From positions 1 to 55,410 of the forward strand of contig PNLN01000104.1 in NCBI GenBank assembly GCA_013823055.1: DNA of 55,410 bases, given 5' to 3'. This document shows, one piece after another, positions 1-10,081 of the stretch; position 1 is the first letter of the stretch; every line of letters starts with the position of its first letter. A program made the position numbers and the translations under genes. The DNA is from Cyanobacteria bacterium DS2.3.42. GTDB taxonomy: Bacteria; Cyanobacteriota; Vampirovibrionia; Obscuribacterales; Obscuribacteraceae. The notes below the pieces were generated by a model that worked only from the letters and a program-made list of their open reading frames with translations, searched no databases and was not told the DNA's origin.

Positions 1-543
1 ATCGTGACCGAAGTACAGCTTATCGTCAAAAAACTGGAAGACGAGATCGGTACGCCACTGAACACCGCAGACAAAGGCGACCCTGCTGGTCAAAACATTA
101 CGAACACAGCGCAGATGGCGGCAGAATACACACTGCTGGCAGAGAGCGATATTCACGTTGAATACTCGATAATCGCGTCAATTCCTACGCAGCTTCGCGC
201 TTCTGCAAAACACGTCGCAGTAGAGAAGCTGCTTACAAAGTACATAAACACCGGCATTCCAGAGAACGATGGACCTTCGCTTTGGATCGATACAGACCGC
301 TGCCCAATTCTTCACGAAGCATTGAGCGGCGGTTACAAGATGAAGCTCAATCCAGACAAGACGGTCAGCGACAAGCCAGAGGACAAGCACCCTTGGTGTG
401 ACGCCTTCGATTCGCTGGCGTATGCGGCTATTGAGGAATTCGGAATCCCTGAGTCGATCAAGATCCAGATGAAGAAGAAGAGCGAAGAGGACGAAGAAGA
501 CAACCCAGAAGATAACTACGGCGGCAGGAGAGACAGATGCTAA
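1..543 (+). CDS. Terminase large subunit, C-terminal (nuclease) part; 5' end outside the window
   Basis: The frame is open from the window edge. The C-terminal motif KHPWCDAFDSLAYAA resembles the conserved acidic/aromatic end of terminase nuclease domains. The stop overlaps the start of the following portal-sized gene (ATGCTAA). Confidence 0.65.
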   Translation: MVTEVQLIVKKLEDEIGTPLNTADKGDPAGQNITNTAQMAAEYTLLAESDIHVEYSIIASIPTQLRASAKHVAVEKLLTKYINTGIPENDGPSLWIDTDRCPILHEALSGGYKMKLNPDKTVSDKPEDKHPWCDAFDSLAYAAIEEFGIPESIKIQMKKKSEEDEEDNPEDNYGGRRDRC

Positions 544-2639
544 ACGATTACTACGAAGTTGAAGAATCAGAGATCCCAAAGAGCCTAACCAGCAAAAAGG
601 CGCTTCAATGGGCGAAAGAGCTGGGCGACGATTTTGAATATTACAGAGAGGCGCGCAAAGTTCTTGACGAACAGATCATTCCTGAATGCGACAAAGCATT
701 CATGTGCATCAAGCCTGACATCAATATTGCCACCATCAAGCAAGTTGATAATGGAATGCTCGGCGATGCAACACTGAGAACAGCAGTTAAGGCAAAGCGA
801 AATCAGCTCGTTGGTCAGCTCAACCCGCCTGGCGAAAGCTGGCTTGAGTGCTCATCCTTGGAAGATGAAGAAGAAGACGACGAAGACTTGATGGAAAATA
901 TCAAGGAGATGAATATTCGCTTGAACTACGAAGCGAAAACATTCAACACTCTGAGCATAGTCACTGATCAGCTTTTGGTCAGAGGGATCACAGCGATGGG
1001 CGTTCGCTGGGAAAAGCGTCGCGCTTTGCGGAAGATTCCCAAATTGCTTGCGGAAACAATCGGCGAGATCGGCGAAGAGATGCAGGCACAGGGACAGCCG
1101 ATGGACAGCGCGGAGCTTGGCGACGCGATGGGCGCCACTGGCGAAGAAGGCGTTCCGGTAACAAAAGAAAGCGCTAAAAAAATTAAGCAATGGCGCGACT
1201 ATTATGCGCAGCCGATCACCTACCCAATCGACATCTATCGCTTGTACTTCGATCCCAAAGTCGAGATGACAGAAGGCGCAGACATGCCCTACGTCTACAT
1301 CACTTTCAAAACAATGTCGGATCTGAAGAATGCGAAAGACACCAAAACCGGCAAGCCGCTTTACGACCAGAAGGCGCTGGAAGGCGCCCGTGAGTGGACT
1401 TACGAAGACTACTATGCGAAGTTCCCGCAAGCATGTGCAGCTTCGAAATTGATGGGCATTGATCCCGGCGTCAAAGAAGCCGGAAAGTTCGTGCCGGTCT
1501 ATTTGTTCTACAAACTGGAGCGGGAATTCGAAGACGGCTCTACGTTCGTAGATAAGTTCTTTTACGTCACAGAGGGCGACGGAGGCGACGGAGGCTATCG
1601 AATTATCAGGATTCAAGACAATCCAAGCGATTACGGCGACAAGCCTTTCTACTTCACGACCTGCGATCAATGGCTAAACATCCCAATGGGAAGCGGCATG
1701 GTGGAGAAGTCGCTCTCCGCATGGAAGGCAAAAAACGTAATGGCAGACATGGGCTTGATCGCTGGCTGTCTGTCGGTCTTGCCTCCGATGTGGTTCTTTC
1801 AAGGCGTGATCAAAGACGACAAGCAACCGAAGATGCTGGTCGGCGGAATGCAGCAGGTCATCTTCCGTCCAGGTATTGGTCAAAACTGGATGGGAGCTTA
1901 TCCGGTCAACCCAAATGGCTTGATGGTTTCCATGCAGGACGAAAGAGCGCTCGGGGAGAAGATCATCGATCAGACCGGCGTCACTACTGTTGGCGTCAAG
2001 GGAAGCCCGCAAAACAGAAGCGGATCGAAAGAGCGCACAGCGACAGAAGTCAGACAAGAAGCCGTCGATGGTACGGTCGGCGATCAGTACCTGGTAGAGA
2101 AGATCAGCCAGGATATTTTGCAGCCAGCCGCGCAAACGATTTACAACGGCGCACGCCAAAACTACACAGACGGCTACAAGTTTGTGACCCGCATACCGAC
2201 CGGCGAAATCAAAACAGTCCAGCTTGACGCTATCGACATCGACAAAGACCGAAGAATCGAGATCATCGGCAAGCGAGCCATGGATAACAAGGCTCACATC
2301 ATGGACAACCTAATGAAAGCCTTGGAGATCTTGATGAACAAAAATGCAGCCGCAATTTTAGGGCCTGCATTCGCGCTGATCGCCTACGACATCCTGATCA
2401 AGATCATCAGCCGTCTGGGCATCGAAATGAAGCCCGAATACAGGCAAACCCCAGAGCAAATCCTGGCGGGCAATCCACAGGTCCAAATGGAAATGTTCCA
2501 GCAGATGCTTCAGTCGCCTGAAGGGCAGCAGATGGCGGCGGAATTCCTTCTGAACACTCCAGAAGGTCAGCAATTCATGCAGCAGATAGAACAAATCACC
2601 GCCCCTGGCGGTGAGCCACAAGGAGCGCCACAGCAATGA
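537..2639 (+). CDS. Portal protein (putative)
   Basis: A 700-aa ORF directly after the terminase with a 7-nt overlap. Size and position are typical of a portal. The C-terminal tail is Q/E/M-rich. No motif was independently recognised. Confidence 0.6.
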   Translation: MLNDYYEVEESEIPKSLTSKKALQWAKELGDDFEYYREARKVLDEQIIPECDKAFMCIKPDINIATIKQVDNGMLGDATLRTAVKAKRNQLVGQLNPPGESWLECSSLEDEEEDDEDLMENIKEMNIRLNYEAKTFNTLSIVTDQLLVRGITAMGVRWEKRRALRKIPKLLAETIGEIGEEMQAQGQPMDSAELGDAMGATGEEGVPVTKESAKKIKQWRDYYAQPITYPIDIYRLYFDPKVEMTEGADMPYVYITFKTMSDLKNAKDTKTGKPLYDQKALEGAREWTYEDYYAKFPQACAASKLMGIDPGVKEAGKFVPVYLFYKLEREFEDGSTFVDKFFYVTEGDGGDGGYRIIRIQDNPSDYGDKPFYFTTCDQWLNIPMGSGMVEKSLSAWKAKNVMADMGLIAGCLSVLPPMWFFQGVIKDDKQPKMLVGGMQQVIFRPGIGQNWMGAYPVNPNGLMVSMQDERALGEKIIDQTGVTTVGVKGSPQNRSGSKERTATEVRQEAVDGTVGDQYLVEKISQDILQPAAQTIYNGARQNYTDGYKFVTRIPTGEIKTVQLDAIDIDKDRRIEIIGKRAMDNKAHIMDNLMKALEILMNKNAAAILGPAFALIAYDILIKIISRLGIEMKPEYRQTPEQILAGNPQVQMEMFQQMLQSPEGQQMAAEFLLNTPEGQQFMQQIEQITAPGGEPQGAPQQ

Positions 2640-2995
2640 ATCCAGCCGAGCAAACAACACCCGAAGAAAGAGAAGCAGAACGGCTCCTTCGCGTTCAATG
2701 CAAGCGCCTTTACGAACTCTCGGAGCATCCGCAGTTCGGCGAGCTGATGGAATTTCTCAAGTTTGAAGAGAAGGCGATCCTCGCGATCCCGCAAGGCGGG
2801 CTAAACGGAATGATCGACTACATGACAGCAAATGTTTGGCGAGACGCAGTTATTCACATCCAAGATCTTTTGATTCGAAAGATCAATGCAGGCAAGCAGA
2901 TCTCCGGCAAGGAAGACGACGAACTAAAACCAGGAGATAACACACATGGGCAAGAAGGACATTGGAGATCAGAACCTGAACGACGAAGAGCTTGA
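2636..2995 (+). CDS. Hypothetical head-module protein
   Basis: A 119-aa ORF whose ATG overlaps the portal stop (ATGA). It lies in the head module. Its 3' end overlaps the next gene by 50 nt. Confidence 0.45.
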   Translation: MNPAEQTTPEEREAERLLRVQCKRLYELSEHPQFGELMEFLKFEEKAILAIPQGGLNGMIDYMTANVWRDAVIHIQDLLIRKINAGKQISGKEDDELKPGDNTHGQEGHWRSEPERRRA

Positions 2996-3797
2996 CCTCG
3001 AAGACGAAGATCAAGACGAGGACGAAGAAGACCTGGAGGACGACGACCAGGACGAGGATGACGATGAAGATCAGGACGATGAGGACGAAAAGCCCAGTCG
3101 CAAGTCCAGCGTGTCTGCAAAAGACATCAAGGACATCAAAGACACCATCAACGATCTGAGAAACGCAGCCAACAAAAGCGGTGACTCGAAAGATCAAAAG
3201 AAGGTCAAGAAGGTAGATCAAATCTTCCAGACCTGGCTTAGTGAAGGGAAAAAGGCCAACGATCTCAGTCCGCTGTACAGCCTAATGGAGGCGCTAAAAG
3301 AGGACCTTCGCGAAGAATACGAAGAAGCCGGAAAAACTGAAAAAGCAAAAACTTTGGACGAAAGATCATGGGATGCGATGGATACTGCGTTCGAAAAATT
3401 CGCACGCAAGAACCCCGCCATAGGCTGGTCTAAGGCAGAGATCACCGCTAAAGCATACGAACTGATGCGCAGCAGCAAGCGTTATTCAGATGCGCGCGAC
3501 ACTTACGCAAGAGGCAGAGTACCAGCCGCTCGACACTACGAAGACGCTATGGCGAGAACCATCGCAGTTTTCGAAAAAGAAACTGGTAAATCTAGCGGTG
3601 CCAAAAAGGAGGCGCCACAGTCTTTGGATATCAAAAATTCTCGGACCAAGAGCAAGTCCTCGGCGGTAGGTGATGGAGAGATTGATCTCAACTCACTTGA
3701 TGCGATGGAACGGCACATCTACACGACGACTTTGAATATAACCAAAAATAAAAAGCTCGCCAGAGAAGCGCTCAAGGACCTTCGCGGAAAACTATAG
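2946..3797 (+). CDS. Scaffolding-like protein (acidic N-terminus, helical/charged body)
   Basis: An AGGAG lies 7 nt upstream of the ATG. An extreme D/E run (LEDEDQDEDEEDLEDDDQDEDDDEDQDDEDE) is followed by a K/E-rich helical sequence. It sits between the portal and capsid genes. Confidence 0.5.
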   Translation: MGKKDIGDQNLNDEELDLEDEDQDEDEEDLEDDDQDEDDDEDQDDEDEKPSRKSSVSAKDIKDIKDTINDLRNAANKSGDSKDQKKVKKVDQIFQTWLSEGKKANDLSPLYSLMEALKEDLREEYEEAGKTEKAKTLDERSWDAMDTAFEKFARKNPAIGWSKAEITAKAYELMRSSKRYSDARDTYARGRVPAARHYEDAMARTIAVFEKETGKSSGAKKEAPQSLDIKNSRTKSKSSAVGDGEIDLNSLDAMERHIYTTTLNITKNKKLAREALKDLRGKL

Positions 3798-3833
3798 CCC
3801 CTGGCTCTTAAGTAGAGACGAGGATTTAAACAC

Positions 3834-4469
3834 ATGGCAATAACCTTTTGGAAGTCCCTCAGAGGGGGGCGTCCTATTCCAATGCAGCTTGAAATGGAAG
3901 CTGGCATCTCGATCTTAGCTGGTCAGGCGCTAGAACCATCCGCAGCTGGCAAGCTGCAAAAAATAAACGCTAACACGGATAACCCGCAGTGGATCGCGAA
4001 TACGCCTTCTACCTCCACCGCCACTGGTGGCGAAAAAGTTGAAGTCGTTCACGCAGGACCCAAGGATCATATCTGGAATTTCCCAATTACCCCGGCTCTG
4101 AACAATGCGACCGGCAAAGCGGGCGGATCAACAACTCTCGTTGTGATCCCGTCGCCAACCGTCAGCTATTCCTCTGGTGATTTCATCGGTGGACAAGTTC
4201 TTGTCGGTACTGAACAGCGCACCATCACAGCTTCGTCCGCGGTGACTGCTCCCGCAGATATCACCTTGACGGTTACTCAACCGTTCAGCGGATCGACTGT
4301 AGGCAAGACCGGCATCAAAGCAACTCCGCTTGGCGCCGATGTTGTCGCGGCTCGCTGGGAATCAACTCTCGAAACGATCTCACAAGTCATTTCGGAATTG
4401 ACCGGCGGTCCCATCTCGGTCGTTGATGTGGATCTCATCCGCAACGTAGTTCACGGCTATTTCGTCTAA
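3834..4469 (+). CDS. Hypothetical head protein (decoration-like by position)
   Basis: A 211-aa ORF immediately upstream of the capsid candidate. The order portal / scaffold / this gene / capsid mirrors lambda B-C/Nu3-D-E. The function is inferred from position only. Confidence 0.4.
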   Translation: MAITFWKSLRGGRPIPMQLEMEAGISILAGQALEPSAAGKLQKINANTDNPQWIANTPSTSTATGGEKVEVVHAGPKDHIWNFPITPALNNATGKAGGSTTLVVIPSPTVSYSSGDFIGGQVLVGTEQRTITASSAVTAPADITLTVTQPFSGSTVGKTGIKATPLGADVVAARWESTLETISQVISELTGGPISVVDVDLIRNVVHGYFV

Positions 4470-4533
4470 GCCGCTGGCTTAGCGGATTTCGTTCGTTCCC
4501 AAATCAATCTCTTTTTGAGAAACGAGGTAAGAC

Positions 4534-5466
4534 ATGGCATCTGCTGTAAATAGTCGTGCTGACTATGCAAAGCTCCTGGAGCCAACCTTGCGCAAAGCAT
4601 TCTTCGCTGAGTACGACCTCGGCGGTGAAGTTTATTCGCAATATTGGGATGTCCAGGACTCAGACAAAGCGTCTGAGGAAATCTCGGAAACGGTCATGCC
4701 GTCCGAGATCCCGGAAGTAAACGAAGGCGGCATGTTCGCCCGTGGCGTACTTTCGATGGGGCGTTCCAAGAAGTTCACTCACGTCACCAGGAAACTGGAG
4801 ATCGTGATGACCGAAGAAATCCAAGAGGACAACCTCTACAAAGCAGCTCTGAGCACTCAAAAGGGCTTGGCGATTGCAATGAAGAGAACCGTCGAGAGAT
4901 TGACCGCGGTCACTTACGCGAATGGATTGACCACCGAGTTAACACCGGATGGCAAGCCAGTCTTCGCACCGGATCACGTTGTGCTGTATCCGCAGCCACA
5001 GAACCCCAGTTCATGGGGCAACGTGCTTTCCGGCGAGCCTTTCTCTTCTGTCGGAGTCAAGAAACTCAAGACATTGATGAGAAAGCAAAAAGACGAAAAC
5101 GGCGACACACTGCCCCATAACATGGATCAGTTGATCGTCCCGTCTGATCTCGCAGAAGAGGCGTATGAACTCTATGGAGCACCCGGTACCTATGACCGCG
5201 CAGACCGCGCAGGCAACCAGGTCAAGCAAGGCATCAAGGATGTGATCGTAGTTGACCACTTCCAGGATGTCGCGCACCAATACGCGAGCACCATGTATTT
5301 CGGTCGCGATTCCAGAATGGCGATGAACATCTTCTTCTGGAGAGTACGCCCGACCTACAAATTGATCTACGAAGAAGCAACCGGAAACATCATCCAGCGC
5401 GTGCGCTGCCGTTTCTCGCTTGGCGTAGTCAATCCTCGCGGTCAGGTAGCAGCTTACGGCGTATAA
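4534..5466 (+). CDS. Major capsid protein (putative)
   Basis: A 310-aa ORF with GAGGT 5 nt upstream of the ATG. Position, size and lack of low complexity fit a major head subunit. No motif was recognised. Confidence 0.5.
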   Translation: MASAVNSRADYAKLLEPTLRKAFFAEYDLGGEVYSQYWDVQDSDKASEEISETVMPSEIPEVNEGGMFARGVLSMGRSKKFTHVTRKLEIVMTEEIQEDNLYKAALSTQKGLAIAMKRTVERLTAVTYANGLTTELTPDGKPVFAPDHVVLYPQPQNPSSWGNVLSGEPFSSVGVKKLKTLMRKQKDENGDTLPHNMDQLIVPSDLAEEAYELYGAPGTYDRADRAGNQVKQGIKDVIVVDHFQDVAHQYASTMYFGRDSRMAMNIFFWRVRPTYKLIYEEATGNIIQRVRCRFSLGVVNPRGQVAAYGV

Positions 5467-5491
5467 GCCCTAAGCCTGCAATGGAGGCAGA

Positions 5492-7123
5492 ATGGTTGCT
5501 CCCAGCAACAGTAAACCTAGTTCATTCACGAGACTGTTGACACAGCTCGATCTTTGGTTCGAAGGCAACGGCAAGAAAGCTTGGAGAATAGCCCCAGCCG
5601 TAACGCCCACCAATGATCGAAAGTTCTTTCTCGTTGATCCCGGTTTCGACTGCAATCTCACGACTTCGCGAGATAGCAGCGGAGCGAAACTCGGGCTAGG
5701 GATCACTGTTCCAAAGGGAGCAATCCTCGTTGGCGACGGCACCACCGAGCTATCATTGCTCACCAATGGTGGTGCCGCCGACAACGGCAAAACTTTTGTG
5801 CTGGACAGTACTGTTCCTCTCGGCGTCAAGCTCGCCACTGCTGGCGGTGGCAGCGGCGACGTGGTTGGTCCTGCAAGTGCAGCAGATCACGCGGTCGCAC
5901 TATTCAATGGCACCACCGGCAAGATCATCAAAGATGGTGGCGTCGGGACAGCCGGTCAAGTTTTTACTAGCAATGGTCCTGGCGTCGCGCCGACATTTCA
6001 GGCGGCTGGCGCAGTGGACCCAGATCTGGCGGCAATAGCGGCACTCACCGGAACAGGCATCGCTTGCAGGACCGCGGCTGATACATGGGTGTTACGCAGC
6101 CTGGCAGTCGCCGACGCGAAGCTAACTCTCTCCAACCCCGGTGGCGTAGCAGGCAACCCGACTATCGGTTTTGGAAGTGTTGCATCTGGAGATCTTTCCG
6201 ACACTGCGAATATCGCGCTAAGAAATAATGCAAACTCTTGGAGCGCCGCACAAACACCGAACGCCGCGGGAACCATCGACCTTGGGACTACGGCACTGCC
6301 ATTTCGGAACTTGATTTTTGGTGGCGCTGCAACAAATAACACGAAGCTTGTTTCGGCGACGACGACAGCACAGAGAACCTGCACGTTCCCTGACGCCAAC
6401 TCAAACCCAGTGATCCCCGATACGGGCGCAGCAAACAATTTTTTGACGGCGATCAGTGCCGGTGGCGTGATCTCTAAGGCTCAGCCTGCATTTTCAAATC
6501 TTTCAGGTGTCGGCACTATCGCGCAGGGCTGTACAAATAACGGCTCCCTGGGCGTCTCAGCGCTCGGCATGTACGCAGGCGACGGGTCCAAGGTAATCCA
6601 AGTGACCGGCACAGCCTTGCAGTCATTCCGTGTCAACGCAGGCGGTACGGCAATTGAAGCCTATACACCTGTAGGCGCTGGCGTAGATTCGTACATCAAA
6701 ACGAAAACAGCAACCGAAACTCGCACTAACACAACCACACTAACAGATGACGCCGATCTCTCGTTTCCTGTGGGCGCAGGAGAAACCTGGAACTTTACGG
6801 CACTTCTCGCACTGAATAGCGGCAGTGCAACACCGGATTTCAAGTTTCTGTTTGATGGACCAACTGGCTCAACCATAGGCTTCCAGACTACTTCTTCGAA
6901 CGATGGATTTCAGGGTGGTGGTGTAGGTAGTGTGGCGGGCGCAGGCGGCACGCCGATTGTTCAAAACCAGACGGCGAGCACCCATCAACTAGTACAAGTT
7001 TCGGGACAAATCGTGACCACGACGAATAGCGGCAATTGCAAACTAAGGTGGGCACAAAACACCTCTAACGGAACTTCCCAGAACTTGCTAGGTGCAAGCA
7101 TCTTGATCGCAGTGAAAGGCTAA
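5492..7123 (+). CDS. Tail-fibre / receptor-binding-like protein (Gly/Ala/Thr-rich)
   Basis: A 543-aa ORF with GGAGG 4 nt upstream. The stretch VGPASAADHAVALFNGTTGKIIKDGG resembles a motif I recall from phage fibre proteins. The rest is G/A/T/N-rich and beta-like. Confidence 0.5.
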   Translation: MVAPSNSKPSSFTRLLTQLDLWFEGNGKKAWRIAPAVTPTNDRKFFLVDPGFDCNLTTSRDSSGAKLGLGITVPKGAILVGDGTTELSLLTNGGAADNGKTFVLDSTVPLGVKLATAGGGSGDVVGPASAADHAVALFNGTTGKIIKDGGVGTAGQVFTSNGPGVAPTFQAAGAVDPDLAAIAALTGTGIACRTAADTWVLRSLAVADAKLTLSNPGGVAGNPTIGFGSVASGDLSDTANIALRNNANSWSAAQTPNAAGTIDLGTTALPFRNLIFGGAATNNTKLVSATTTAQRTCTFPDANSNPVIPDTGAANNFLTAISAGGVISKAQPAFSNLSGVGTIAQGCTNNGSLGVSALGMYAGDGSKVIQVTGTALQSFRVNAGGTAIEAYTPVGAGVDSYIKTKTATETRTNTTTLTDDADLSFPVGAGETWNFTALLALNSGSATPDFKFLFDGPTGSTIGFQTTSSNDGFQGGGVGSVAGAGGTPIVQNQTASTHQLVQVSGQIVTTTNSGNCKLRWAQNTSNGTSQNLLGASILIAVKG

Positions 7124-7149
7124 TCTAATTTTCGCAAAGGAGCAATTTC

Positions 7150-7626
7150 ATGGCACTTCCCAAAACCGGTCTGACCGGACTCAAGCTGAAGTCAGGCAAC
7201 CCGCTGACAAAAGAATCTCTTTCGGGCGCAGCCAAGCGCTTTATGCAGCATATCCCCCTCGGTCCCGTGACCGGAAACTTTGCTGATAGTACAACTTATC
7301 CCGGCGCTGGTGGTATCACAAGACCAGGCAAGCTGGTGAAGGCGTATATCGCATTCAACCTGGCTCCAGCTGGTGGAACTAACACCATCGCGCTTAAACG
7401 TGGCACCAGCGGTGGCACCACAATGCTGACAGGTGCAACCCAAAGCGTTACCGCCCTTGCCGCTGGAACCTTTGTGGAATTGGCTCTCTCTACCAATCCC
7501 GCAGATCTCGTCTTTGATGGCACTGTGCCGGTCAATGCCGCGCTAGTCACAGGAACGCAAGGAACACCCGGCAACAATGCTGAGTTGATCCTGGAATGGG
7601 AACTCGATGATTTCGTGGCTGCATAA
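7150..7626 (+). CDS. Hypothetical virion protein
   Basis: A 158-aa ORF with AAGGAG upstream. It is G/T/A-rich. The stop overlaps the next start (TAATG). Confidence 0.45.
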   Translation: MALPKTGLTGLKLKSGNPLTKESLSGAAKRFMQHIPLGPVTGNFADSTTYPGAGGITRPGKLVKAYIAFNLAPAGGTNTIALKRGTSGGTTMLTGATQSVTALAAGTFVELALSTNPADLVFDGTVPVNAALVTGTQGTPGNNAELILEWELDDFVAA

Positions 7627-8423
7627 TGGGATACGGATATTCCACCGCGAGAGAGTTAGCCAATAAGGTGCTATTGGGCATGGGCATGTCGCCCATGCTC
7701 AATGACACCGATTTCTCAGTGCTGAGCGCAACGGATAACTATCAGCGCCAGTCAATCGTATTCTTGGAGCAGATCCAGAAGCGCTTCGCGTTGAACTGCA
7801 ACAGCAGCCGCTTCATGCAGCGGAAGTTTACCTTCACAACTAACGCAATAGATACTCAATACGAGCCAGATCCCACAAATCAGCTCTTTCCGATAGAAGG
7901 CTTCAAACCGAATTCATTTTTCAATGTCACCGCCAGCGGTGCCAACAATCAGCGCCTTCACGTAGCGACCTGGAGTCAATGGCGTCAAGCTTACCCGCGA
8001 CCTGACGAGATGGCGCGCGGCTTTCCGAACTGGTTGATCCCCGTTCCGGAAGACGGCACGGACACCGTCAAAGTCGTGCTTTTCCCTTACCCTGCTGGCG
8101 TGTACACCATCGAAGGGCAGGGCAGAATCGAAGCGCCTGATCTCACGAGCGGCGCTCAACAGCTGCTGTTCCCGAAGCACTACGAGCACCTTCTTTTTAC
8201 GTATCTGAAGATGTTCTTAGAGCAGTCGATCAACGAAGGCAGGCAGGCAGACTGGGAAGCGATGGCGGCGCAGATCTTTCAAGAGGTAATGCGCGACGCC
8301 CTGGGCGCAGAAGAAGAAGTCGAACAAATCGACATCGGAATCCAGCTTTGGAGAAGACATAGCGACGATTCGCGAAGAGATTACAACCCCGCAACGGACA
8401 CAGTTCCACCGTTCAGCCCGTAA
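7626..8423 (+). CDS. Hypothetical virion protein (adaptor/tail-tube candidate by position)
   Basis: A 265-aa ORF translationally coupled to its neighbours. No motif was recognised. Confidence 0.45.
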   Translation: MGYGYSTARELANKVLLGMGMSPMLNDTDFSVLSATDNYQRQSIVFLEQIQKRFALNCNSSRFMQRKFTFTTNAIDTQYEPDPTNQLFPIEGFKPNSFFNVTASGANNQRLHVATWSQWRQAYPRPDEMARGFPNWLIPVPEDGTDTVKVVLFPYPAGVYTIEGQGRIEAPDLTSGAQQLLFPKHYEHLLFTYLKMFLEQSINEGRQADWEAMAAQIFQEVMRDALGAEEEVEQIDIGIQLWRRHSDDSRRDYNPATDTVPPFSP

Positions 8424-8425
8424 CC

Positions 8426-10081
8426 ATGCAAGACACGCAACCAGCTCAAAGATCAGCTCTCAGTCAAGGCGCAAAGGGATTCGCGCCGTTTTTCGTTTCG
8501 CCAGACAAGGGCTTGGTACTCACCTCTGGTTTACTTGCGCGCCCGCTGGATGCAGCGGCGGAACTAACAAACCTGCATTACAATGGAATCGCTTGGACTT
8601 CGAACGGCTACGGTTACGGACTTCACCGTGCAGATTCTTTCAACTCTGGGGCTGCTTTCAAGGAATTCGGCGTCCACTTTGTTAGCGACGGCTCCGCAAA
8701 ATTTCTACAGCAAGTCGGAACTAAGGTTCAGCTATATGATCCTTTGGATAACCCGTTAACCGCGGTTGAAACCAACCTCTTCACGGCAACTTCGGAGACT
8801 TACCCGACATTTCGCTCTTTCTCTCCGGCATTTCTGATCTACACAAATGGCGTGGATCAGCCGCAAAAATGGAATGGTGTAGCTGCGTCATTTTCCGCTG
8901 TCACGGGTTTTCCGCTTACCGTTGGATCTGACGTATACACAAAGCCGAAATTCTGCGAAACATTTCAAGGTCGGATGGTTTATGCGGGCTTTGATGGAAT
9001 GCCCTACCACGTCCTGATCTCTCAATTCGACAACCCCGAGGGTTTCACCATCACTGGCTCGACTCCGTCGAGTGCAGGGATTTTTAAGATCCCATCTCAG
9101 CTGGGCCCGATTGTGTCAATCAAGTCAGCATTCCTGACGACGACATCAAACGAAGAAATTCTATTTGTTGGATGCAAGAAAGGCATCGCGATCATTTCCG
9201 GCTTGGACGCAACAAGCTTCCGTCGCGACATAATGACGAGAAAGATCGGCTGTATAAACAATCGCTGCTGGTTGCAAATCGATGATCAGATGTGGCTCTT
9301 CGCGACGGATGGAATCCGCCCTTTTAGCTTAAACACTGGGATCTCAAACCTTCTTAATGCCACCGCGACCTATCCGCTGCTTAAGACAATTACCGCAAGA
9401 AATTTAACAGCATCAGATCAACCTTTCGTACTGGATAACCCGGCGAAGCAAGAAGCCGTCTGGTACTTCCCGCAAAGCGCAGAAGTGCGCAATAGGCGCG
9501 GATTGATCATGAACTATTCGACTTTACCAGAATTCGTGCGCTTCTCCGTGAAGGAGTACAGTATAGAAAGCAGCGCCCCAGCGTCTTGGTATGGTCCCGC
9601 CTGTGGTATCGAATATGAAGGCAAAGTTCTGTGTGGCGGATACAACGGAAAGCTGCAAAAACACTACACAGGAAAGCTTTTCAACGATATCGCGCCGCGT
9701 CACTTGTATCGTTCAGCCGCGATGCAGGCTCCCACGCCAGGACAGGAAATGTCCGCAAAAGATCAACAGATCATCTGCGAAGGACAGGGTCAGAAGTTTT
9801 TGTTCTCGGTATTTGAGTACACGCGGATAGATGGAAGCATCACCAGGCGGAAAGTCTTTTCGAAGCTGATCGAATCTTCTGCTTCCGGTCAGGCAATTCT
9901 CAGTCAGTGGATTTTAGGCTTCCACGCGCTTGGCGGAGAGCGGCACCACCGCTTCAGAGTGTCCTCACCAGGGCACGGAAATTATTTCGATTTCGAGATC
10001 TCAGGCGAAGACCCAAGCACTGAGATCGGTTTGGTTGGCATTTTTGCTAACTTCATCGCTGGAGGACTTAAGCAAGCGTGA
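8426..10081 (+). CDS. Hypothetical large virion protein (tail/nozzle candidate)
   Basis: A 551-aa ORF starting 2 nt after the previous stop. The sequence is aromatic- and Gly-rich and beta-type. The function is inferred from context. Confidence 0.45.
   Translation: MQDTQPAQRSALSQGAKGFAPFFVSPDKGLVLTSGLLARPLDAAAELTNLHYNGIAWTSNGYGYGLHRADSFNSGAAFKEFGVHFVSDGSAKFLQQVGTKVQLYDPLDNPLTAVETNLFTATSETYPTFRSFSPAFLIYTNGVDQPQKWNGVAASFSAVTGFPLTVGSDVYTKPKFCETFQGRMVYAGFDGMPYHVLISQFDNPEGFTITGSTPSSAGIFKIPSQLGPIVSIKSAFLTTTSNEEILFVGCKKGIAIISGLDATSFRRDIMTRKIGCINNRCWLQIDDQMWLFATDGIRPFSLNTGISNLLNATATYPLLKTITARNLTASDQPFVLDNPAKQEAVWYFPQSAEVRNRRGLIMNYSTLPEFVRFSVKEYSIESSAPASWYGPACGIEYEGKVLCGGYNGKLQKHYTGKLFNDIAPRHLYRSAAMQAPTPGQEMSAKDQQIICEGQGQKFLFSVFEYTRIDGSITRRKVFSKLIESSASGQAILSQWILGFHALGGERHHRFRVSSPGHGNYFDFEISGEDPSTEIGLVGIFANFIAGGLKQA

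Noticed and set aside
852-2297. Long antisense ORFs (272 aa and 207 aa) opposite the portal gene
   Set aside because: They lie fully inside a much longer, context-supported ORF. Their products are Arg/Leu/Val-rich shadow-frame sequences without start signals.
4471-4497. Weak hairpin (CCGCT-GGCTT-AGCGG) plus T-rich run between the 211-aa gene and the capsid gene
   Set aside because: A 5-bp stem and an interrupted U-tract are too weak to call a terminator. At most it may attenuate.
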